Shown here: positions 9,940-20,000 of the stretch, piece after piece
Position numbering within the stretch: the stretch's first letter is position 1
How the letters are laid out: each line of letters begins with the position of its first letter
Source: Chiloscyllium plagiosum
Lineage: Eukaryota
Length of the DNA: 20,000 nt
Reading direction: 5' to 3'
Assembly: GCF_004010195.1 (NCBI RefSeq)
Contig: NC_057728.1
Coordinates: forward strand, 44,494,211 to 44,514,210
Made by a program: the position numbers and the translations under genes
The notes under the pieces: generated by a model
The model's database searches: none
The model's input: only the letters and a program-made list of their open reading frames with translations
Told to the model about the DNA's origin: nothing

Positions 9940-11500
9940 CCTTTGGAAAAAGATATGCTTCCAGACTAGAAAAGGTGTCTGAAAGATGGCTATGTGGAGG
10001 TAAATTGTTAGAGGTTGTTAATAGCATAGAAAAAAAAGCTAAATTGGATTTTTCATCAAACTAAACTGTGGGAATAGAACGAGTGGTCAAAGGTTCACAG
10101 TAGAGATGAGTATTTGGGGGTGAAAGCTTATGAGGGTCTGAGGGATGTGACCTCTGGCAGGATATGTGGCAGAATCAGGGCAAGGTTCATTTCAACGTCA
10201 TGAGCAGCTCACATCACAAGTGGTGCAGCGAGATTCTCAGCAAGCAGTGGCAAGATGCCTACTGACAGGGACTAATGCTTGTAAAACACCTTTTACCATC
10301 ACAAATTGCCTCAGTAATATTCAGACTCCCATCTTAGCAAACTTGCCAAGAAAATGGATGTCAAGAAAATTCCACAAGGAAATCAGAATGAGCACCTGGA
10401 GGATTCAGCTCACTTCTTGCTCTCAATGATCTCCATACTGGCAACCTGGTACCGACATCTCAGGCATGCTCCATTGACACTGGCTACATACACACTCCAC
10501 ATCCACAGACATTGGCATCTGATGTACCAACGTTTAAGAACCATCAAAACTTTGGCACTTCAACACTGTATCTCAGACTGTACTATCACTATAATACTGC
10601 TGCAGGGACATGCATGCTCATGGACATGCTTACAGTTCAAAGAATGGACCAGGCTATATGTGTGGGATTTTCACTTACTCTCATAGAGCTCACTCACTTA
10701 TACCATATCAGTTGCTCACAGCATCATGCATTGCATTGCCACACCTTGCCTTTTTGCCCTTTGCCTCCTCGGCTAAAGATGTTACCTCTGTCTTGCCATG
10801 CAGTTTAGCACAGACACAAAGTCTGGCACAAAACCAGGAATTGTATCATATTTGTCAACAGGCCTCAGTCAAGTCAAAGGGGTTAGTCTTCGCTCAAGGT
10901 TTCATGGCGCAGTAAGACAAGGGCAGCCTCCAATACCAGTCCAGGTCCTGCTCATGGCAGTCAGAGACGGTAAGTCCTGCTAGTCTATTTAGACAACAAC
11001 TATATAAGACAGCTCCAGACTGACAGTGTTTTTCTGGGTGCTCAGCAATCAATTAAAGATGGTGTCACTGCAAGAAATGCTGCTGAATTCTGGGACATCT
11101 GCTGATTGTCATGTTGTTGCAGAAATGGTGTGCGGTAAGTTGGGATGGAAATCAGAAGTGAGAGATAGCCTTGGGGCATGGTACATAATTAATTAGTCAA
11201 ATTTCGTAAGATACAGCCAGAAAATTCATGAGGCTCCACAGTGAAAAAATTCAATACAGCTCAGACTTAGCCAAAAAAAATGCAAGATCTAACCCTTGAA
11301 GGCGTATCAGGAAGCTCCTCTTCCCACCAAAAGAGATCACCATCGGGAATATCTTTGTGACTGAATATTTCATGGAAAAGCAGTGGAATAATTAACAATT
11401 CATTTTGATGCTACAATGGTGGAAAAGAGACTGAGTGTTGGATGTCTCTGCATAGATTAATCAAATTGTCTAAATAGCCTTCTGTATCCATAGTTACTCT
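9940..11500 (+). mobile_element. Ancient CR1 3' end (9940-10116 and 11299-11500) split by a 1.18-kb insertion
   Basis: FIKLNCGNRTSGQRFTV (cf. SRTRGH.FKL) before the insertion and IRKLLFPPKEITIGN (cf. .RK.FF.QRV...WN) after it. Confidence 0.55.
10117..11295. mobile_element. Probable non-autonomous PIF/Harbinger-type DNA transposon
   Basis: Degenerate GGG-starting TIRs (GGGGTGAAAGCTT / AAGATCTAACCC); TTG on both sides (10114-10116, 11296-11298); interrupts the CR1 remnant. Confidence 0.5.
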
Positions 11501-14330
11501 GCAGTTGTCATTTGATCTTTGAATGCTGAACATAAATATAAAATAATGAAACATGATGAAGTAAAGTTGTTATTTAAATGTTTCTATACAGAGCTGTATG
11601 AATATATGGAAAATCAATTCTTGTTATAGTATTGACTTGCTTTGATTTATTCATTCCTGTGCAACTAATTATATGCTATTCTGACATACTCTGTAGTTCA
11701 AATCAGTGAAATATCATACTACAATGAAGAGCTTTAAAATTCTGTCCTGCTGTAGATTGCAAGCTATTTGTGGCTGGAGAGTCCCCTGTAGAAATTCTTT
11801 AGCAGTCTCATGGGAGGTCTGCCTCTGTGTTTGCTCATGCTCTGGTGGGTTGGATGAATCTATGTTTTCTGCCAGTGTATGAAGATTTTCCCAAAGTGAT
11901 AATCAGCACCAGACTTTGGTTTGTGCTATTCCAAACTTTACAAATCTCCTAAGCCAATTTCTTCAAGAATAATGAACGCACACTTTGGACAGATTGTTTA
12001 TCAGGCATTAAATATTCTCCTTGGGAGCCCTTTCTGAAGTCAACTTAGCCCAAAGACCTGATTCCACGAGCTGGCATTTGGAGTCCTTGTTTCATTATTG
12101 CAGACTCTCACATAGAACAGCCTCCTCCAAAAAGATCATAAATAAAAATAGAAACAGATGTATTTCCCATGGTACCAGGATATCCTCCCACATTACAGAT
12201 CAAGAACTTCTATCCTTTCTCTCTTCTATTTCCTCCTGGCAAAATTTTAAACCACAGGCAGTTTCTTTTTGATTACTTAAACAAAATACAGTATACTGTC
12301 ACTTAGCAATGTTGAGCTAAAACCAATCCAGATGATGGAGCCAATCTTCCCATCTCTAGCTATTAGAAACGTACTTGTGTTTACAAGGATAAGCCATCTT
12401 ACACAACCTACTTCAGTAGCTAGAAATGCGAAATCCTGTAAAGGCAATAAAGAAAAGTGGCAGTCTTTCGGGAAAAAAACCCCTCAAAAACCAATCAGTC
12501 GATGCTTGAGAAACCATGCTCACTGAAAACCCATTAGTAAACAAAGAAGTATTCACCTCTTCCTACACACTCCTCTGTCTCCATCTCCCTGTCCCTTCAA
12601 TATTTCATAATTCTTGATGAATACTGTACAATACTAGAGAAGAGGAAAGCTTCATATCCATTGGGCCAGTTTTAAATGTCATGAGTTATTTGACTCAGAT
12701 CTCAAGATTTACCAAATGGCTGTGTCTTAGAAAGCTAAAATACAGTAAGAAACAAATCCTTTTTAAAATTGAAATCAGTGCTAATTCTGAGGAAGTAATT
12801 GTAAAGGGTACTTGCGCAGCCCAGTTGAACTTGGAGAAACAAAGGTGAGGTAAAAGTTCGAATTAGGCACATTTGGAAAGCACTTCATTTTCTTTTGCTG
12901 AAATGAAGCAGGAGAAGGAAAATCATCCTAAATTTGAACAAATACTTTGATTTTTGCATTTGTCTTGCTGGTCATAGAAACACTGATGATCTATTAGGAA
13001 CTTTAGCTCTGATACTGGAGGAGATAAAGCATGAATTTTTAAAAATACTTAACAACAATTTTGGATTCTCGGTGGAATTATCAATTTACATAATCAGAAT
13101 CACCTCTCTATATTTGCACCCATCTCCCTTGTTTGGTGCACTTATTAATTCCACATAACCTCATTATTCAACTATTCATTTTGATGTATCAGATTACCTT
13201 TATGGAACATCTTCTGATGAAGCAAGGGACAATTTATGATGTCTGCTTTCTTGTTAATTAAAATTTAATAAATGTTTATTCAGGATATATTTTACTGGAA
13301 GCACAGAGTTTCAAAGGGTACAAGTAACATTATGATAAAGGCAGGCCTGGCACTGTTTGTAGGGCAGTGGCAGGTAGTTGAGGTTGCTTTGATTATTCTG
13401 CCCTCAAATGGTTAATACCATGTGATAAGAGAATATCAATATTTATCAAACTATGAATTGAAGGACTCTATACATATAATGTTCAACAACTTCTCAGCAG
13501 TATGATATATTTCTACACAACCAATATTCCTATCTTATATTGATAAATTAATTCCTAAATGCTATCTAAAGCATATACATTCACAAAAGTGGTTAGAATT
13601 CATACTAAGATTGGCTTCCCCATTATCTTTTGTCAGTCCTGTTTTTGATTGTTCCGCGCTTTCAGCTGTTGTTGGTAGTGAATATAGCCTGAATTTTAAG
13701 GCCCAGGTCAGGATTGCAGAGTCAGGACAATTCACAATCCAATTCAAGAGAAAGAGTCATTAAAGATTGGATTTTGGTTCTGGCTGAGTGAGTGAAAATG
13801 GCAGGCTGATGGGTGTAGAGACAGGCTGGGTGGAAGGACTGCACAAGCACTTTGCAGAAGAGTTTTTTTTTAAAACACATCAATAAAACAAGAAAAAGCT
13901 CTCCAGCCCCCACTCCACACACACACACATATACATTCCTTATGCTGATCCATGGCATGAATACCACCTTATTTCCCGCACTCGTCCCCTCATTGCCCTT
14001 GACATCCTCTAGGTTAACCTATTTATCCCTTGTAGATACTCTCCATGGCTCCTTGTATGCTCTGTGCCAATGTAGGCTCCTATTTTCATCCCATGACCAT
14101 TGTTACATGTCATTCCAACTTATGCTTCTACACCTAAACATCATGGCCTTTAATAGATCCAAGGCAAACCTATTCCCTCAACCCACACCCTCTAGTACTT
14201 TATGTCAAATTACTTTGTCCACTTTAAGCCCATTTTCCAAATGATGCCCTCCACCCTATCCCTATGGCCCTTATAGACACTGTGCCAAGTAAATGCCACT
14301 TCATGCCAACAGATACCTCTACATACAGGT

Positions 14331-14526
14331 GAAAACAAGGACTGCAGATGCTCGAAACCAGATTCTAGATTAGAGTGGTGCTGGAAAAGGACAGCAGTTC
14401 AGGCAGCATCCAAGGAGCAGGAAAATTGATGTTTTGGGCCAAAACCCTTCATTAGGAATAGAGGCAGAGTGCCTGCAGGGTGGAGAGATAAATGAGAGGA
14501 GGGTGGGGGTGGGGAGAAAGTAGCAT
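14331..14526 (-). mobile_element. PLE terminal repeat (family A) with hammerhead-like core at 14425-14459
   Basis: Minus strand reads ATTC CTAATGA A GGGT TTTG GCCC AAAA C ATC AATT, followed by CCTGCTCCTTGGATGCTGCCTGAACTGCTG...TTTTCCAGCACCAC. Confidence 0.8.
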
Positions 14527-14837
14527 ATGCATACATACACCACATCTTGTTTTTACACTTAATATGATAACTCACCAAGTATCCTGCATAGTCACATGTT
14601 ATGGCCATGCTGAGTTTAGATACCATAAAGCTATTAACCCATTCACTATATTTAACTTCCTTTAATTTGAAAAAACAGGCATTATAATTTGTAGTCCCAT
14701 GTCAAAAGAGTCTACGACAACTAGGAGCTGACAAATCAAATTGTAAAATGAGATTAGTGCCAGATCAGAAGTGAGACTTTCAGATTCCAGCCTCCAGAAC
14801 CATTGTCACAGTGACAGAGAGGTTGTCCAACATTGAG

Positions 14838-14937
14838 AATAGAGTCGAGAGTGTGGTGCTGGAAAAGCACAACAGGTCAGGCAGCATCCGAAGAGCAGGA
14901 GAATCAATGTTTTGGGCAAAAGCCCTTCATCAGGAAT
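14838..14937 (-). mobile_element. PLE terminal repeat (family A) with hammerhead-like core at 14902-14937
   Basis: Minus strand reads ATTC CTGATGA A GGGC TTTT GCCC AAAA C ATT GATT; clearly homologous to 14372-14459. Confidence 0.8.
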
Positions 14938-15424
14938 CATTCAGAAGATTCAGGTCCAACATGCTGAGTTGTTACATTATCAGTCTTCTTATGACTGATG
15001 GCGCAAGATTGGCCCCCCATCCAAAAGTTCAGGTGCGATTATGTAGCCATGTTTTCAGCCCATCAAGAGAATAAGCCCTCAATTTTCTGAATTAAATCAT
15101 GCAAAAAGCAAAGAGAAAATAACCCAGTAACTGGTTAAGGAATCCTGTGGTTAACATTGAGGTTTGTACCACCCCCTAGGGCAAAGATAATAGATGGACG
15201 GGCAGGTTGGCCATGAAACAAGAAAGTTCTAAACTCTCGTTCACTCTATTTAAAGTCAGCTTAAAGCCTCATCTGCTTTAAGTCGCATCTGAAAGAGAAT
15301 GGGAGAGAAATTAAAGCATGCCGTGTGGGCAAATGTCCACAGTGCTCCTGGGGAATTGATGTAAATCTGTGTAGCACCATTAGAAGTGGTACTTCATGAG
15401 CCAAATGTCTCCTAATGCTTTTGA

Positions 15425-15545
15425 TATTTAGTATTTTCTGAGTACTGCTTTGAAGTGGCAACATAGATTATGTGCTTAGTTCCGGACTATGGTATGAATT
15501 CATATCATTATGATTCAGGAAAAGCACTGCCACTAAACTAAGCTT
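15425..15545 (-). mobile_element. Decayed tRNA-derived SINE head (DeuSINE-like)
   Basis: GAGTACTGCTTTGAAGTGGCAACATAGATTATGTGCT...TGATTCAGGAAAAGCACTGCCACTAAACT resembles the reverse complement of the SacSINE1-type 5' region; A and B boxes eroded. Confidence 0.55.
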
Positions 15546-15664
15546 TATGTGAGAGAGGATTCATAAATCCTTGTGCAGTTTTTCACAGACAACTGTTCTT
15601 CGTTTCTTAAGCTCCATGAGCAGATACTAATGTGAAATGATGCCTAATGTTTGGTTAACTAAAC

Positions 15665-16050
15665 AGTCATTTGGTAGTACAGAACTTGAGTAATTGCTGA
15701 AAAAAAGACACATTTTGTCAAAACTATTCATCTGGTATTCATCAGAACGATTCATAAGAATATGACTGTAAAGAGAAAACAACCTTTATATTGTATGAAT
15801 GAACAGTACTGAGTGGGTGGCAAGTGAATTGATTGGTATTATCCTGGAGAATGTACCAGTTAATGATGGCTGACAATTAATTGCCATGTTTTGATTTAAT
15901 TTTAAACCAGGCAAATTGACTTTGATTGGTTAAGTCATTGCCTGGGAAATTTTATTGAGTTGAAATGGGCATAGTGTGTACATGTTTGTTCTGTCTGAAA
16001 AGAACGTGGCCTTGCGCATCAATATATGCAACTTCCAGTATATGTAAGAA
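15665..16050 (-). mobile_element. Penelope-like element 3' end (family B): endonuclease C-terminus plus terminal repeat with hammerhead-like core
   Basis: Minus strand 16050-15961 reads FLHILEVAYIDAQGHVLFRQNKHVHT (cf. LEA.YI....P.L..Q at the end of PLE GIY-YIG domains); downstream CTGATGA ATACCAGAT GAATA at 15745-15725. Confidence 0.7.
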
Positions 16051-17384
16051 TATCTGTTAATGATGTTAACAAAGTGAAGTTTAGAGGCAGATCTGACTGT
16101 CAAAAGCACATTGTGATTTCTGCCCATTCTGCTTTGTTTATGAATCTGTTATTTTTATATTGGCTTTTATTCTCTATTTTTATATGAAATAAAAAGAATT
16201 ACAGGAACTTTTGGATATTTCTCATCAAAATTCAGCATAATTTTCTAAAAAGCTTCATGTTAAAATTCTATTGTTAACAATAGTTTGTTTTGACCCTGGA
16301 TCTCCTTATTTAATATTGTGTGTGAAGGGAATTGTATAAACAGGAAAGATTACATTAGCCACGGAAATTAACTGTGCAGCATTTTGGTATGTTTTCTTGT
16401 TGACTGGCATGATTCCTCTGAATTACTGTCTATGGGACAGTGCACCGTATGGCAAAACATGGAGCATACACTGTACACACTGTATCCCACTTGTCTCTCA
16501 AAATTGCTTTGGAGTCCCACAGCCAATATAGAATTCCAATCTGCAATTCTTATAATGGGACTTCTGCCTGAAACATGCTGCTAGCTGGTCTGCTCAGTGA
16601 AGATCCTAGCAAAACTTCACAAGGCACAGAGTGTGTGGAATCAGTGCATTTTCTGTATTGCAATTATAGGGGTTATACCATTCCATTCATACCAGGTGGA
16701 GGCTGTCAAAAGCAGAGCCACTATTAGGATTTATTTTAATTCATTAAACACAGATGGGGAATTTTTACAAGTGGATCTTGCCATTTTCTTGCTGTATGAC
16801 TGTATTTCTTTGTCCTGTAAAATCTGAGTGTCTTACATTAGCTGACTGCCCAATATCTAACTATTTAATAGCATTAAAAGTGATCTGAACTGGATATTTG
16901 TGTCTTTAACATGATGTTTCTTCAATCTTTTCAAAGATGCTTTATTGTATACTAATTAATTACACAGGATAACAATTAAAATATGTTCACTAAATCCAAT
17001 TAGTTTAACTATTCTTGGCTTCAGTAGAGAAATACCATTGCCCACATCCTGGGGTTCAGGATTTACACAAAATAAAAGTTAACATTATCCCTTATAGCCT
17101 GGACAAAACATGTTCTTACAGATTTCTGTTTGAAATCTGGGAGAGACTGCTTATGTTTCTGCCTCTGATTTCAGCATTTTGAGTTCACAGCCAGAAGGAA
17201 ATGTCTACCAGATCATTTTTGCTAACCATCACGACCAGAAATAGAATGAGTCTGAGGTGTTTCTTAATCGCCACAACAGCTTAGAGAACAGTTTCCAAAC
17301 TTTGCTGATTTTTATTTTCAGAATGTAACAAATGATTTTGAAGCTTGTTATCAAATCCTTCATGTGGATAAAATAGTTAAATAT

Positions 17385-18240
17385 CATTAAATCAGGAGAA
17401 CTTATTCAGCTGATTATGCCTGCACCAGCTCTCTGAAGATTAAGTCCGTTTAGTCACTTTGCTTAGCTCTTTACCATCTTCCATTTCTTTTTTGCACTTG
17501 CTTGTTTTCTTTCATTTCCTTTTTCTTTGTCTTTGTCTGTTTATCTACATTGTAGAAGTGGTTGTGTTTCTTAATTTATGAGATTTTCTAACAGAATATT
17601 CAGCAATCGAATTCTATGATGCCTCAACAAAAACAAAATGCTTTAATTTTCATGTCATCTCTGAAAGTGATCATAACTTTTTGTCCTCTAAAGTTACTGG
17701 CTCAATTTTGGAAGTTGTTCTTTTTTGATTAACTTAAAAACTGAGTTAAGAATTTTGAAAACATCTTTTCAATCTCCTCTTAGTCTTCTTTGTGTAAATG
17801 AAATGTTTGCATTACCTGGCATGAAACAGAAATCCTACAAATTAATTCCTAAATATCCATTGTATATAAATCCTAATGCCAGCACATATTTCAGTGCTAA
17901 TTATTTTGTTAGTACATAATAGTAGGGTTTCAATATTTTTCAATGACTTTAACAATGACCATTTTCTTTTAAATTCTAACCTGTTATGATTATTTCCCAA
18001 ATAACTACTCATTTTTGAGTTCAGCACCCGCAAGTTCCTTGAAATAATTTTCTATTCCCTTCACAATGGTCCTAACTCTCTTTAATGATACATTTAGTAC
18101 ACTTCTGTTTCTAGATTTCAGTCTCCATTAGTTTAGAGCATTTTATGAACATATATACAATTTGGCTCATTACTTTTCCTATAAAACTTTGTGAGATATA
18201 TCAAAGTGCATTAAAAATTGTGCGTGGAGATTATCCTCAC
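17385..18240 (-). mobile_element. Very old CR1 3' region
   Basis: TTATTCAGCTGATTATGCCTGCACCAGCTCTCTGAAG (3' UTR-like) and AATTTTGAAAACATCTTTTCAATCTCCTCTTAGTCTTCT (minus strand RRLRGD*KDVFKI); distal boundary uncertain. Confidence 0.55.
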
Positions 18241-18672
18241 TGATGAGTTCTCTTGTTTTTTTTTGTGTTACATCTTGCCTGACATCAGTTATGATAATCA
18301 ACTGTCTGGATAATCTTCAATTCAGAATGAAGGAATCAGTATTTAAAGACAGGTTACATCATTAAGCACACTGAACAATTGTTAAAAATAGCTTTCAAGA
18401 AGCTGACTTTACGTGTGCCTTCTATAATCCACAAGTCATCCTGAGTTTCTGGAATCATAAACAATTGACATTTTTCCACATGAACAGGTTAGTGACTCTG
18501 ATGCGGTATCTCCTTTTTGTTTCTCTTCAGCAGACCACAGAGCTGTAATGAGGTCTATCCATTGCATAAGGACACTGTTGACCGCTGGTCACCAGTTAGG
18601 ATTAAGTGTCTCCGCTGCCACCTATAAACATGTGCTTGTTTTTTTTTGCATCTCTCAGTAGGACTCATTTCT

Positions 18673-19220
18673 TAACAATATTTAAACAGTACTTTTAACT
18701 TATTAATCCTAGACAAAAACAGTTTGCTTGCTACGAACACCTACCCCTGAAACACTGATGATCAGCAGCAATAATATATACCACCTACACAATACACTGG
18801 AGAAATTCATCAAAACTTCTTAGACAGCCTGTTTTAAATCAAGAACCACATCCATCGAGAAGGACAAGGGCAGCAGATACAAGGGATCACCATCACCTGT
18901 AAGTTCCCTTCTAAGCCACTCGCCATCCTGACTTGGAAATGTTTCACCATTCCTTCAATGCCAATGTGTCAAAATCTACCTAGAGTACAGGGACTACTGC
19001 AGTTCAAGAAGGGAGCTCACCACCTTCTCATGACAACAAGGTAGGAGCAATAACTGATGGTCCAGCCAGTGAAGCCCACATCCCTTGATTGAATTAAAAA
19101 TAGGTCATCCCAAGATGCTTCACATAAACGTTAGATGACCAAAGGCATGGTCAAAGAGATACATTGCAAGGAGCATCTTTAAGGAAAAGAGATGGAAGAT
19201 ATTGGGAAGACTTTCTGTGT
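18673..19220 (-). mobile_element. L2 LINE 3' end (18673-18705 and 19101-19220), interrupted
   Basis: ATATTTAAACAGTACTTTTAAC ... CATCCCAAGATGCTTCACA...GATGACCAAAGGCATGGTCAAAGAG...AAGGAGCATCTTTAAGGA resembles the reverse complement of an L2 terminus. Confidence 0.55.
18706..19100 (+). mobile_element. 3' end of the second LINE family
   Basis: AGAAGGACAAGGGCAGCAGATAC...AAGTTCCCTTCTAAGCCACTCGCCATCCTGACTTGGAA...GCCCACATCCCTTGATTGAATTAAAAA; colinear with 5905-6320. Confidence 0.85.
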
Positions 19221-19299
19221 CAGTTAAAATCAACTCCAATTGTTAGATATATGGTATTAAAATCAATAAATAGATTAAAAGGATTTCAAAAGTGTAAAA

Positions 19300-19573
19300 T
19301 AAGAACATAAAACTATAAGATATAGGAGCAGAAATAGGCTATTCAGCCTATTGAGTCTGCTCCATGATTTAATCATAGCTGATAATGTTTCTCAACCCCA
19401 TTCTCCTGCCTTCTCACTGTAACCCTTGATCACCTTCCCAATCATGAACTTATCCATCTCTATCTTAAATACACTTAATGACTTGGCCTCCACATTCCTC
19501 TGCAGCAATGAGCTCCACAGTTTAACCACCCTCTGGCTGAAGAAATTCCTCCTTGTCTCAGTTCTAAAGGGTC
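19300..19573 (-). mobile_element. CR1 3' end (another subfamily)
   Basis: TAAGAACA/TAAAACTA/TAAGATA tail; minus strand reads RTETRRNFFSQRVVKLWSSLLQR. Confidence 0.9.
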
Positions 19574-20000
19574 AATAGACAATAGGTGCAGGAGTAGGCC
19601 ATTCTGCCCTTTGAGCCTGCACCACCATTCAATATGATCATCGCTGATCATCTTTAATCAGTATCCTGTTCCTGCCTTATCTCCATAACCCTTGATTCCA
19701 CTATCCTTGAGAGCCCTATCCAACTCTTTCTTAAATGAATCCAGAGACTGGGACTCCACTGCCCTCTGGGGCAGAGCATTCCACACACCCACCACTCTCT
19801 GGGTGAAGAAGTTTCTCCTCATCTCTGTCCTAAATGGTCTACCCCGTATTTTTAAGCTGTATCCTCTGGTTCGGCACTCACCCATCAGCGGAAACATGTT
19901 TCCTGCCTCCAGAGTATCCAATCCTTTAATAATCTTATATGTCTCAATCAGATCCCCTCCCAGTCTTCTAAACTCAAAGGTATACAAGCCCAGTCGCTCC
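19573..20000 (-). mobile_element. Young CR1 3' end running off the window edge
   Basis: ORF 19658..19987 RRLGGDLIETYKIIKG...RTRGYSLKIRG...FFTQRVVGVWNALP; tail CAATAGACAATAG at 19573. Confidence 0.95.

Larger units (their letters stand above)
13686..15035. mobile_element. Possible old non-autonomous DNA transposon hosting two PLE pieces
   Basis: CCTGAATTTTA (13688-13698) versus AAAAGTTCAGG (15023-15033) as an imperfect TIR; C-rich CCATG-laden interior 13900-14310; no TSD seen. Confidence 0.3.

Noticed and set aside
10166..10983. Overlapping plus-strand ORFs as a gene
   Set aside because: No recognisable domain, mutually overlapping frames, and they lie inside a probable decayed transposon.
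13213..13235. CTGATGA as a hammerhead (also at 18240-18246)
   Set aside because: No helix II plus GAAA downstream; the 7-mer is expected by chance.
13916..13929. (CA)7 microsatellite
   Set aside because: Short and ordinary.
13852..14244. 130-aa ORF
   Set aside because: Low-complexity C-rich strand, non-ATG start and no homology recognised.
14495..14516. G-rich run as a G-quadruplex
   Set aside because: Only three adjacent runs of at least GGG, and it is part of the PLE repeat.
1..20000. CRISPR array, tRNA/rRNA genes or an operon-like system
   Set aside because: No regularly spaced repeats, no cloverleaf or rRNA motifs; this is eukaryotic repeat-rich DNA.

Overview
Vertebrate non-coding DNA, AT-rich and CpG-depleted. 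The repeat families resemble those I know from cartilaginous fish (probably a shark; this is inference). I find no host exon, RNA gene or intact transposon ORF. About half or more of the window is layered mobile-element debris: young and ancient CR1 LINE fragments, a second CR1/L2-group LINE family, RTE and L2 3' ends, two solo LTRs, DeuSINE-like pieces, a probable PIF/Harbinger-type non-autonomous element, and several Penelope-like element (PLE) termini carrying decayed hammerhead-ribozyme cores. An assembly gap lies at 3950-4178. The most notable signals are the hammerhead motifs, the nested insertions whose host reading frame can be rebuilt, and a few repeat-poor intervals that may be conserved non-coding elements. 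I cannot support a genuinely new biological system here. Family assignments come from motif recognition, not database searches.
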